DNA from: Nemertoderma westbladi
Taxonomy: Eukaryota > Animalia > Xenacoelomorpha
NCBI GenBank assembly: GCA_032718475.1
Contig: JAUCBJ010003122.1
Span: 1-64,000 of the forward strand
Reading direction: 5' to 3'
Length of the DNA stretch: 64,000 nucleotides
Shown one piece after another: positions 32,501 through 45,267 of this stretch. Made by a program: the position numbers and the translations under genes. The first letter of the stretch is position 1, and every line of letters begins with the position of its first letter. The notes beneath the pieces were generated by a model that searched no databases, was not told the DNA's origin, and worked only from the letters and a program-made list of their open reading frames with translations.

Positions 32501-35500
32501 AGTTTAATAGGATAAATAATTTTGTTGGTTTCAGTTTAAGAGGATAAAGAATTTGGTTAGTTTCAGTTTAAGAGGATAAGGAATTCGGTTAGTTTCAGTT
32601 TAAGAGGATAAATAATTTGTTTAGCTTCAGTTTAAGAGGATAAATAATTTGTTTAGCTTCAGTTTAAGAGGATAAATAATTTGGTTAGTTTCAGTTTAAG
32701 AGGATAATAATGCGGTTAGTTTCAGTTTAAGAGGATAAATAATGTGTTTAGTTTCAGTTTAAGAGGATAAGGAATTCGGTTAGTTTCAGTTTAAGAGGAT
32801 AAATAATGTGTTTAGTTTCAGTTTAAGAGGATAAGGAATTCGGTTAGTTTCAGTTTAATAGGATAAATAATTTTGTTGGTTTCAGTTTAAGAGGATAAAT
32901 AATTTGGTTAGTTTCAGTTTAAGAGGATAAAGAATTTGGTTAGTTTCAGTTTAAGAGGATAAGGAATTCGGTTAGTTTCAGTTTAAGATGATAAGGAATT
33001 CGGTTAGTTTCAGTTTAATAGGATAAAGAATTTGGTTAGCTTCAGTTTAAGAGGATAATAATTCGGTTAGTTTCAGTTTAAGAGGATAAATAATTTGTTT
33101 AGTTTCAGTTTAAGAGGATAAATAATTTGTTTAGTTTCAGTTTAAGAGGATAAGGAATTCGGTTAGTTTCATTTTAATAGGAAAAATAATTTTGTTGGTT
33201 TCAGTTTAATAGGATAAATAATTTTGTTGGTTTCAGTTTAAGAGGATAATAATGCGGTTAGTTTCAGTTTAAGAGGATAAAGAATTTGGTTAGTTTCAGT
33301 TTAAGAGGATAATAATTCGCTTAGTTTCAGTTTAAGAGGATAAATAATTTGTTTAGCTTCAGTTTAAGAGGATAATAATTCGGTTAGTTTCAGTTTAAGA
33401 GGATAAATAATTTGTTTAGCTTCAGTTTAAGAGGATAAATAATTTGTTTAGTTTCAGTTTAAGAGGATAAATAATTTGTTTAGCTTCAGTTTAAGAGGAT
33501 AAATAATTTGGTTAGTTTCAGTTTAAGAGGATAATAATGCGGTTAGTTTCAGTTTAAGAGGATAAATAATGTGTTTAGTTTCAGTTTAAGAGGATAAGGA
33601 ATTCGGTTAGTTTCAGTTTAATAGGATAAATAATTTTGTTGGTTTCAGTTTAAGAGGATAAAGAATTTGGTTAGTTTCAGTTTAAGAGGATAAGAAATTC
33701 GGTTAGTTTCAGTTTAAGAGGATAAATAATTTGTTTAGCTTCAGTTTAAGATGATAAATAATTTGTTTAGCTTCAGTTTAAGAGGATAAATAATTTGGTT
33801 AGTTTCAGTTTAAGAGGATAATAATGCGGTTAGTTTCAGTTTAAGAGGATAAATAATGTGTTTAGTTTCAGTTTAAGAGGATAAGGAATTCGGTTAGTTT
33901 CAGTTTAATAGGATAAATAATTTTGTTGGTTTCAGTTTAAGAGGATAAAGAATTTGGTTAGTTTCAGTTTAAGAGGCTAAGGAATTCGGTTAGTTTCAGT
34001 TTAATAGGATAAATAATTTTGTTGGTTTCAGTTTAAGAGGATAAAGAATTTGTTTAGCTTCAGTTTAAGAGGATAAATAATTTGTTTAGTTTCAGTTTAA
34101 GAGGATAAATAATTTGGTTAGTTTCATTTTAAGGGGATAATAATGCGGTTAGTTTCAGTTTAAGAGGATAAATAATGTGTTTAGTTTCAGTTTAAGAGGA
34201 TAAGGAATTCGGTTAGTTTCAGTTTAATAGGATAAATAATTTTGTTGGTTTCAGTTTAAGAGGATAAAGAATTTGGTTAGTTTCAGTTTAAGAGGATAAG
34301 GAATTCGGTTAGTTTCAGTTTAAGAGGATAAATAATTTGTTTAGCTTCAGTTTAAGAGGATAAATAATTTGTTTAGTTTCAGTTTAAGAGGATAAATAAT
34401 TTGGTTAGTTTCAGTTTAAGAGGATAATAATGCGGTTAGTTTCAGTTTAAGAGGATAAATAATGTGTTTAGTTTCAGTTTAAGAGGATAAGGAATTCGGT
34501 TAGTTTCAGTTTAATAGGATAAATAATTTTGTTGGTTTCAGTTTAAGAGGATAAAGAATTTGGTTAGTTTCAGTTTAAGAGGATAAGGAATTCGGTTAGT
34601 TTCAGTTTAAGAGGATAAATAATTTGTTTAGCTTCAGTTTAAGAGGATAAATAATTTGTTTAGCTTCAGTTTAAGAGGATAAATAATTTGGTTAGTTTCA
34701 GTTTAAGAGGATAATAATGCGGTTAGTTTCAGTTTAAGAGGATAAATAATGTGTTTAGTTTCAGTTTAAGAGGATAAGGAATTCGGTTAGTTTCAGTTTA
34801 ATAGGATAAATAATTTTGTTGGTTTCAGTTTAAGAGGATAAAGAATTTGGTTAGTTTCAGTTTAAGAGGATAAGGAATTCGGTTAGTTTCAGTTTAATAG
34901 GATAAATAATTTTGTTGGTTTCAGTTTAAGAGGATAAAGAATTTGGTTAGTTTCAGTTTAAGAGGATAAGGAATTCGGTTAGTTTCAGTTTAAGAGGATA
35001 AATAATGTGTTTAGTTTCAGTTTAAGAGGATAAGGAATTCGGTTAGTTTCAGTTTAATAGGATAAATAATTTTGTTGGTTTCAGTTTAAGAGGATAAAGA
35101 ATTTGGTTAGTTTCAGTTTAAGAGGATAAGGAATTCGGTTAGTTTCAGTTTAAGAGGATAAATAATTTGTTTAGCTTCAGTTTAAGAGGATAAATAATTT
35201 GTTTAGCTTCAGTTTAAGAGGATAAATAATTTGGTTAGTTTCAGTTTAAGAGGATAATAATGCGGTTAGTTTCAGTTTAAGAGGATAAATAATGTGTTTA
35301 GTTTCAGTTTAAGAGGATAAGGAATTCGGTTAGTTTCAGTTTAAGAGGATAAATAATGTGTTTAGTTTCAGTTTAAGAGGATAAGGAATTCGGTTAGTTT
35401 CAGTTTAATAGGATAAATAATTTTGTTGGTTTCAGTTTAAGAGGATAAATAATTTGGTTAGTTTCAGTTTAAGAGGATAAAGAATTTGGTTAGTTTCAGT

Positions 35501-38500
35501 TTAAGAGGATAAGGAATTCGGTTAGTTTCAGTTTAAGATGATAAGGAATTCGGTTAGTTTCAGTTTAATAGGATAAAGAATTTGGTTAGCTTCAGTTTAA
35601 GAGGATAATAATTCGGTTAGTTTCAGTTTAAGAGGATAAATAATTTGTTTAGTTTCAGTTTAAGAGGATAAATAATTTGTTTAGTTTCAGTTTAAGAGGA
35701 TAAGGAATTCGGTTAGTTTCATTTTAATAGGAAAAATAATTTTGTTGGTTTCAGTTTAATAGGATAAATAATTTTGTTGGTTTCAGTTTAAGAGGATAAT
35801 AATGCGGTTAGTTTCAGTTTAAGAGGATAAAGAATTTGGTTAGTTTCAGTTTAAGAGGATAATAATTCGCTTAGTTTCAGTTTAAGAGGATAAATAATTT
35901 GTTTAGCTTCAGTTTAAGAGGATAATAATTCGGTTAGTTTCAGTTTAAGAGGATAAATAATTTGTTTAGCTTCAGTTTAAGAGGATAAATAATTTGTTTA
36001 GTTTCAGTTTAAGAGGATAAATAATTTGTTTAGCTTCAGTTTAAGAGGATAAATAATTTGGTTAGTTTCAGTTTAAGAGGATAATAATGCGGTTAGTTTC
36101 AGTTTAAGAGGATAAATAATGTGTTTAGTTTCAGTTTAAGAGGATAAGGAATTCGGTTAATTTCAGTTTAATAGGATAAATAATTTTGTTGGTTTCAGTT
36201 TAAGAGGATAAAGAATTTGGTTAGTTTCAGTTTAAGAGGATAAGGAATTCGGTTAGTTTCAGTTTAAGAGGATAAATAATTTGGTTAGCTTCAGTTTAAG
36301 AGGATAAATAATTTGGTTAGTTTCAGTTTAAGAGGATAATAATGCGGTTAGTTTCAGTTTAAGAGGATAAATAATGTGTTTAGTTTCAGTTTAAGAGGAT
36401 AAGGAATTCGGTTAGTTTCAGTTTAATAGGATAAATAATTTTGTTGGTTTCAGTTTAAGAGGATAAAGAATTTGGTTAGTTTCAGTTTAAGAGGATAAGG
36501 AATTCGGTTAGTTTCAGTTTAATAGGATAAATAATTTTGTTGGTTTCAGTTTAAGAGGATAAAGAATTTGTTTAGCTTCAGTTTAAGAGGATAAATAATT
36601 TGTTTAGTTTCAGTTTAAGAGGATAAATAATTTGGTTAGTTTCAGTTTAAGAGGATAATAATGCGGTTAGTTTCAGTTTAAGAGGATAAATAATGTGTTT
36701 AGTTTCAGTTTAAGAGGATAAGTAATTCGGTTAGTTTCAGTTTAATAGGATAAATAATTTTGTTGGTTTCAGTTTAAGAGGATAAAGAATTTGGTTAGTT
36801 TCAGTTTAAAAGGATAAGGAATTCGGTTAGTTTCAGTTTAAGAGGATAAATAATTTGTTTAGCTTCAGTTTAAGAGGATAAATAATTTGTTTAGTTTCAG
36901 TTTAAGAGGATAAATAATTTGTTTAGCTTCAGTTTAAGAGGATAAATAATTTGGTTAGTTTCAGTTTAAGAGGATAATAATGCGGTTAGTTTCAGTTTAA
37001 GAGGATAAATAATGTGTTTAGTTTCAGTTTAAGAGGATAAGGAATTCGGTTAGTTTCAGTTTAATAGGATAAATAATTTTGTTGGTTTCAGTTTAAGAGG
37101 ATAAAGAATTTGGTTAGTTTCAGTTTAAGAGGATAAGGAATTCGGTTAGTTTCAGTTTAAGAGGATAAATAATTTGTTTAGCTTCAGTTTAAGAGGATAA
37201 ATAATTTGTTTAGCTTCAGTTTAAGAGGATAAATAATTTGGTTAGTTTCAGTTTAAGAGGATAATAATGCGGTTAGTTTCAGTTTAAGATGATAAATAAT
37301 GTGTTTACTTTCAGTTTAAAAGGATAAGGAATTCGGTTAGTTTCAGTTTAATAGGATAAATAATTTTGTTGGTTTCAGTTTAAGAGGATAAAGAATTTGG
37401 TTAGTTTCAGTTTAAGAGGATAAGGAATTCGGTTAGTTTCAGTTTAATAGGATAAATAATTTTGTTGGTTTCAGTTTAAGAGGATAAAGAATTTGGTTAG
37501 TTTCAGTTTAAGAGGATAATGAATTCGGTTAGTTTCAGTTTAAGAGGATAAATAATGTGTTTAGTTTCAGTTTAAGAGGATAAGGAATTCGGTTAGTTTC
37601 AGTTTAATAGGATAAATAATTTTGTTGGTTTCAGTTTAAGAGGATAAAGAATTTGGTTAGTTTCAGTTTAAGAGGATAAGGAATTCGGTTAGTTTCAGTT
37701 TAAGAGGATAAATAATTTGTTTAGCTTCAGTTTAAGAGGATAAATAATTTGTTTAGCTTCAGTTTAACAGGATAAATAATTTGGTTAGTTTCAGTTTAAG
37801 AGGATAATAATGCGGTTAGTTTCAGTTTAAGAGGATAAATAATGTGTTTACTTTCAGTTTAAGAGGATAAGGAATTCGGTTAGTTTCAGTTTAAGAGGAT
37901 AAATAATGTGTTTAGTTTCAGTTTAAGAGGATAAGGAATTCGGTTAGTTTCAGTTTAATAGGATAAATAATTTTGTTGGTTTCAGTTTAAGAGGATAAAT
38001 AATTTGGTTAGTTTCAGTTTAAGAGGATAAAGAATTTGGTTAGTTTCAGTTTAAGAGGATAAGGAATTCGGTTAGTTTCAGTTTAAGATGATAAGGAATT
38101 CGGTTAGTTTCAGTTTAATAGGATAAAGAATTTGGTTAGTTTCAGTTTAAGAGGATAATAATTCGGTTAGTTTCAGTTTAAGAGGATAAATAATTTGTTT
38201 AGTTTCAGTTTAAGAGGATAAATAATTTGTTTAGTTTCAGTTTAAGAGGATAAGGAATTCGGTTAGTTTCATTTTAATAGGAAAAATAATTTTGTTGGTT
38301 TCAGTTTAATAGGATAAATAATTTTGTTGGTTTCAGTTTAAGAGGATAATAATGCGGTTAGTTTCAGTTTAAGAGGATAAAGAATTTGGTTAGTTTCAGT
38401 TTAAGAGGATAATAATTCGCTTAGTTTCAGTTTAAGAGGATAAATAATTTGTTTAGCTTCAGTTTAAGAGGATAATAATTCGGTTAGTTTCAGTTTAAGA

Positions 38501-41500
38501 GGATAAATAATTTGTTTAGCTTCAGTTTAAGAGGATAAGGAATTCGGTTAGTTTCAGTTTAAGAGGATACATAATTTGTTTAGTTTCAGTTTAAGAGGAT
38601 AAGGAATTCGGTTAGTTTCAGTTTATTAGGATAAGTAATTTTGTTGGTTTCAGTTTAAGAGGATAAAGAATTTGGTTAGTTTCAGTTTAAGAGGATAATA
38701 ATGCGGTTAGTTTCAGTTTAAGAGGATAAATAATGTGTTTAGTTTCAGTTTAAGAGGATAAGGAATTCGGTTAGTTTCAGTTTAATAGGATAAATAATTT
38801 TGTTGGTTTCAGTTTAAGAGGATAAAGAATTTGGTTAGTTTCAGTTTAAGAGGATAAGGAATTCGGTTAGTTTCAGTTTAAGAGGATAAATAATTTGTTT
38901 AGCTTCAGTTTAAGAGGATAAATAATTTGTTTAGCTTCAGTTTAAGAGGATAAATAATTTGGTTAGTTTCAGTTTAAGAGGATAAATAATGTGTTTAGTT
39001 TCAGTTTAAGAGGATAAGGAATTCGGTTAGTTTCAGTTTAATAGGATAAATAATTTTGTTGGTTTCAGTTTAAGAGGATAAAGAATTTGGTTAGTTTCAG
39101 TTTAAGAGGATAAGGAATTCGGTTAGTTTCAGTTTAATAGGATAAATAATTTTGTTGGTTTCAGTTTAAGAGGATACAGAATTTGGTTAGTTTCAGTTTA
39201 AGAGGATAAGGAATTCGGTTAGTTTCAGTTTAAGAGGATAAATAATTTGTTTAGCTTCAGTTTAAGAGGATAAATAATTTGTTTAGCTTCAGTTTAAGAG
39301 GATAAATAATGTGTTTAGTTTCAGTTTAAGAGGATAAGGAATTCGGTTAGTTTCAGTTTAAGAGGATAAATAATGTGTTTAGTTTCAGTTTAAGAGGATA
39401 AGGAATTCGGTTAGTTTCAGTTTAATAGGATAAATAATTTTGTTGGTTTCAGTTTAAGAGGATAAATAATTTGGTTAGTTTCAGTTTAAGAGGATAAAGA
39501 ATTTGGTTAGTTTCAGTTTAAGAGGATAAGGAATTCGGTTAGTTTCAGTTTAAGATGATAAGGAATTCGGTTAGTTTCAGTTTAATAGGATAAAGAATTT
39601 GGTTAGTTTCAGTTTAAGAGGATAATAATTCGGTTAGTTTCAGTTTAAGAGGATAAATAATTTGTTTAGTTTCAGTTTAAGAGGATAAATAATTTGTTTA
39701 GTTTCAGTTTAAGAGGATAAGGAATTCGGTTAGTTTCATTTTAATAGGAAAAATAATTTTGTTGGTTTCAGTTTAATAGGATAAATAATTTTGTTGGTTT
39801 CAGTTTAAGAGGATAATAATGCGGTTAGTTTCAGTTTAAGAGGATAAAGAATTTGGTTAGTTTCAGTTTAAGAGGATAATAATTCGCTTAGTTTCAGTTT
39901 AAGAGGATAAATAATTTGTTTAGCTTCAGTTTAAGAGGATAATAATTCGGTTAGTTTCAGTTTAAGAGGATAAATAATTTGTTTAGCTTCAGTTTAAGAG
40001 GATAAGGAATTCGGTTAGTTTCAGTTTAAGAGGATAAATAATTTGTTTAGTTTCAGTTTAAGAGGATAAGGAATTCGGTTAGTTTCAGTTTATTAGGATA
40101 AGTAATTTTGTTGGTTTCAGTTTAAGAGGATAAAGAATTTGGTTAGTTTCAGTTTAAGAGGATAATAATGCGGTTAGTTTCAGTTTAAGAGGATAAATAA
40201 TGTGTTTAGTTTCAGTTTAAGAGGATAAGGAATTCGGTTAGTTTCAGTTTAATAGGATAAATAATTTTGTTGGTTTCAGTTTAAGAGGATAAAGAATTTG
40301 GTTAGTTTCAGTTTAAGAGGATAAGGAATTCGGTTAGTTTCAGTTTATGAGGATAAATAATTTGTTTAGCTTCAGTTTAAGAGGATAAATAATTTGTTTA
40401 GCTTCAGTTTAAGAGGATAAATAATTTGGTTAGTTTCAGTTTAAGAGGATAAATAATGTGTTTAGTTTCAGTTTAAGAGGATAAGGAATTCGGTTAGTTT
40501 CAGTTTAATAGGATAAATAATTTTGTTGGTTTCAGTTTAAGAGGATAAAGAATTTGGTTAGTTTCAGTTTAAGAGGATAAGGAATTCGGTTAGTTTCAGT
40601 TTAATAGGATAAATAATTTTGTTGGTTTCAGTTTAAGAGGATAAAGAATTTGGTTAGTTTCAGTTTAAGAGGATAAGGAATTCGGTTAGTTTCAGTTTAA
40701 GAGGATAAATAATTTGTTTAGTTTCAGTTTAAGAGGATAAATAATTTGTTTAGCTTCAGTTTAAGAGGATAAATAATTTGGTTAGTTTCAGTTTAAGAGG
40801 ATAATAATGCGGTTAGTTTCAGTTTAAGAGGATAAATAATGTGTTTAGTTTCAGTTTAAGAGGATAAGGAATTCGGTTAGTTTCAGTTTAATAGGATAAA
40901 TAATTTTGTTGGTTTCAGTTTAAGAGGATAAAGAATTTGGTTAGTTTCAGTTTAAGAGGATAAGGAATTCGGTTAGTTTCAGTTTAATAGGATAAATAAT
41001 TTTGTTGGTTTCAGTTTAAGAGGATAAAGAATTTGGTTAGTTTCAGTTTAAGAGGATAAGGAATTTGGTTAGTTTCAGTTTAAGAGGATAAATAATGTGT
41101 TTAGTTTCAGTTTAAGAGGATAAGGAATTCGGTTAGTTTCAGTTTAATAGGATAAATAATTTTGTTGGTTTCAGTTTAAGAGGATAAAGAATTTGGTTAG
41201 TTTCAGTTTAAGAGGATAAGGAATTCGGTTAGTTTCAGTTTAAGAGGATAAATAATTTGTTTAGCTTCAGTTTAAGAGGATAAATAATTTGTTTAGCTTC
41301 AGTTTAAGAGGATAAATAATTTGGTTAGTTTCAGTTTAAGAGGATAATAATGCGGTTAGTTTCAGTTTAAGAGGATAAATAATGTGTTTAGTTTCAGTTT
41401 AAGAGGATAAGGAATTCGGTTAGTTTCAGTTTAAGAGGATAAATAATGTATTTAGTTTCAGTTTAAGAGGATAAGGAATTCGGTTAGTTTCAGTTTAATA

Positions 41501-44500
41501 GGATAAATAATTTTGTTGGTTTCAGTTTAAGAGGATAAATAATTTGGTTAGTTTCAGTTTAAGAGGATAAAGAATTTGGTTAGTTTCAGTTTAAGAGGAT
41601 AAGGAATTCGGTTAGTTTCAGTTTAAGATGATAAGGAATTCGGTTAGTTTCAGTTTAATAGGATAAAGAATTTGGTTAGTTTCAGTTTAAGAGGATAATA
41701 ATTCGGTTAGTTTCAGTTTAAGAGGATAAATAATTTGTTTAGTTTCAGTTTAAGAGGATAAATAATTTGTTTAGTTTCAGTTTAAGAGGATAAGGAATTC
41801 GGTTAGTTTCATTTTAATAGGAAAAATAATTTTGTTGGTTTCAGTTTAATAGGATAAATAATTTTGTTGGTTTCAGTTTAAGAGGATAATAATGCGGTTA
41901 GTTTCAGTTTAAGAGGATAAAGAATTTGGTTAGTTTCAGTTTAAGAGGATAATAATTCGCTTAGTTTCAGTTTAAGAGGATAAATAATTTGTTTAGCTTC
42001 AGTTTAAGAGGATAATAATTCGGTTAGTTTCAGTTTAAGAGGATAAATAATTTGTTTAGCTTCAGTTTAAGAGGATAAATAATTTGTTTAGTTTCAGTTT
42101 AAGATGATAAATAATTTGTTTAGCTTCAGTTTAAGAGGATAAATAATTTGGTTAGTTTCAGTTTAAGAGGATAATAATGCGGTTAGTTTCAGTTTAAGAG
42201 GATAAATAATGTGTTTAGTTTCAGTTTAAGAGGATAAGGAATTCGGTTAGTTTCAGTTTAATAGGATAAATAATTTTGTTGGTTTCAGTTTAAGAGGATA
42301 AAGAATTTGGTTAGTTTCAGTTTAAGAGGATAAGGAATTCGGTTAGTTTCAGTTTAAGAGGATAAATAATTTGTTTAGCTTCAGTTTAAGAGGATAAATA
42401 ATTTGGTTAGTTTCAGTTTAAGAGGATAATAATGCGGTTAGTTTCAGTTTAAGAGGATAAATAATGTGTTTAGTTTCAGTTTAAGAGGATAAGGAATTCG
42501 GTTAGTTTCAGTTTAAGAGGATAAATAATTTGTTTAGCTTCAGTTTAAGAGGATAAATAATTTGGTTAGTTTCAGTTTAAGAGGATAATAATGCGGTTAG
42601 TTTCAGTTTAAGAGGATAAATAATGTGTTTAGTTTCAGTTTAAGAGGATAAGGAATTCGGATAGTTTCAGTTTAATAGGTTAAATAATTTTGTTGGTTTC
42701 AGTTTAAGAGGATAAAGAATTTGGTTAGTTTCAGTTTAAGAGGATAAGGAATTCGGTTAGTTTCAGTTTAATAGGATAAATAATTTTGTTGGTTTCAGTT
42801 TAAGAGGATAAAGAATTTGGTTAGTTTCAGTTTAAGAGGATAAGGAATTCGGTTAGTTTCAGTTTAATAGGATAAATAATTTTGTTGGTTTCAGTTTAAG
42901 AGGATAAAGAATTTGTTTAGCTTCAGTTTAAGAGGATAAATAATTTGTTTAGTTTCAGTTTAAGAGGATAAATAATTTGTTTAGCTTCAGTTTAAGAGGA
43001 TAAATAATTTGGTTAGTTTCAGTTTAAGAGGATAAATAATTTGGTTAGTTTCAGTTTAAGAGGATAATAATGCGGTTAGTTTCAGTTTAAGAGGATAAAT
43101 AATGTGTTTAGTTTCAGTTTAAGAGGATAAGGAATTCGGTTAGTTTCAGTTTAATAGGATAAATAATTTTGTTGGTTTCAGTTTAAGAGGATAAAGAATT
43201 TGGTTAGTTTCAGTTTAAGAGGATAAGGAATTCGGTTAGTTTCAGTTTAAGAGGATAAATAATTTGTTTAGCTTCAGTTTAAGAGGATAAATAATTTGGT
43301 TAGTTTCAGTTTAAGAGGATAATAATGCGGTTAGTTTCAGTTTAAGAGGATAAATAATGTGTTTAGTTTCAGTTTAAGAGGATAAGGAATTTGGTTAGTT
43401 TCAGTTTAAGAGGATAAATAATTTGTTTAGCTTCAGTTTAAGAGGATAAATAATTTGGTTAGTTTCAGTTTAAGAGGATAATAATGCGGTTAGTTTCAGT
43501 TTAAGAGGATAAATAATTTGGTTAGTTTCAGTTTAAGAGGATAAGGAATTCGGATAGTTTCAGTTTAATAGGATAAATAATTTTGTTGGTTTCAGTTTAA
43601 GAGGATAAATAATGTGTTTAGTTTCAGTTTAAGAGGATAAGGAATTCGGATAGTTTCAGTTTAATAGGATAAATAATTTTGTTGGTTTCAGTTTAAGAGG
43701 ATAAAGAATTTGGTTAGTTTCAGTTTAAGAGGATAAGGAATTCGGTTAGTTTCAGTTTAATAGGATAAATAATTTTGTTGGTTTCAGTTTAAGAGGATAA
43801 AGAATTTGTTTAGCTTCAGTTTAAGAGGATAAATAATTTGTTTAGTTTCAGTTTAAGAGGATAAATAATTTGTTTAGCTTCAGTTTAAGAGGATAAATAA
43901 TTTGGTTAGTTTCAGTTTAAGAGGATAAATAATTTGGTTAGTTTCAGTTTAAGAGGATAATAATGCGGTTAGTTTCAGTTTAAGAGGATAAATAATGTGT
44001 TTAGTTTCAGTTTAAGAGGATAAGGAATTCGGTTAGTTTCAGTTTAATAGGATAGATAATTTTGTTGGTTTCAGTTTAAGAGGATAAAGAATTTGGTTAG
44101 TTTCAGTTTAAGAGGATAAGGAATTCGGTTAGTTTCAGTTTAAGAGGATAAATAATTTGTTTAGCTTCAGTTTAAGAGGATAAATAATTTGGTTAGTTTC
44201 AGTTTAAGAGGATAATAATGCGGTTAGTTTCAGTTTAAGAGGATAAATAATGTGTTTAGTTTCAGTTTAAGAGGATAAGGAATTTGGTTAGTTTCAGTTT
44301 AAGAGGATAAATAATTTGTTTAGCTTCAGTTTAAGAGGATAAATAATTTGGTTAGTTTCAGTTTAAGAGGATAATAATGCGGTTAGTTTCAGTTTAAGAG
44401 GATAAATAATGTGTTTAGTTTCAGTTTAAGAGGATAAGGAATTCGGTTAGTTTCAGTTTAATAGGATAAATAATTTTGTTGGTTTCAGTTTAAGAGGATA

Positions 44501-44557
44501 AAGAATTTGGTTAGTTTCAGTTTAAGAGGATAAGGAATTCGGTTAGTTTCAGTTTAA

Positions 44558-45267
44558 GGGGGGGGTACACCATTTTCGGACAACTCTTCGATTTATCACT
44601 CTCAGCGTTTCAAAATTGTTTGGTTTTGGCTAAAATTTGGCATATAGGTGCCTAAGATGCTATTCTACATGACAGGTCAGAAAGTTTTTTTTTCCGCTAT
44701 TTAATATTAGTTAATACTAGTTAACAATAAAAAAAACTTGGTTGCGCTTAAAACCCTAAGGCTTTTACAGTTTTGAACCTAATCACATGAAAGTTTTTTT
44801 ATATGATAGATCAAAGATGGGGCAACATAACTATCAGGCGAAATTTTGTTAAAATAATTCTGCACCGCTAGGTGGCGCTGCAAATTTATGCTAATTTTTA
44901 GGTTTTTTATAAATAGTATTAAATTTTATTAACAAAAAATTTCGAAAAGGTGCCTGATACTTTTATGCAGGGTGGCTATCTAGACACCCACAGGAAGTTT
45001 CAGACTAATTACTCAAAAATTGTAGAAGTAGTAGGGTTCTGAAGTTGACAATTTCATGAAAAAAATATTTGGAGATAATCAACCTTTCATTATACATAGT
45101 AATAGTAATTTCAATAGGATTCCCTAAATGGAAATTGTTATAACTTGAGAAGTAAAAGAGATATTAAATAGCGGTTTTCAGATTTGGAAACACCATTCAA
45201 TGGTGCATTATAATATACCATAAAAAAAATTTCGACATATTTTGGACCAAAATGGTGTACCCCCCCC
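44558..45267. mobile_element. 710-bp non-autonomous DNA transposon, Kolobok-type, copy 1
   Basis: TTAA TSD (44554-44557, 45268-45271); 19-bp perfect TIR GGGGGGGGTACACCATTTT. RR..YY termini with TTAA fit Kolobok rather than piggyBac (CCY..RGG). Confidence 0.88.

Noticed and set aside
44558-45267. piggyBac classification of the satellite MITE
   Set aside because: TTAA TSD fits, but the termini are GG..CC, the reverse of the piggyBac CC..GG pattern.
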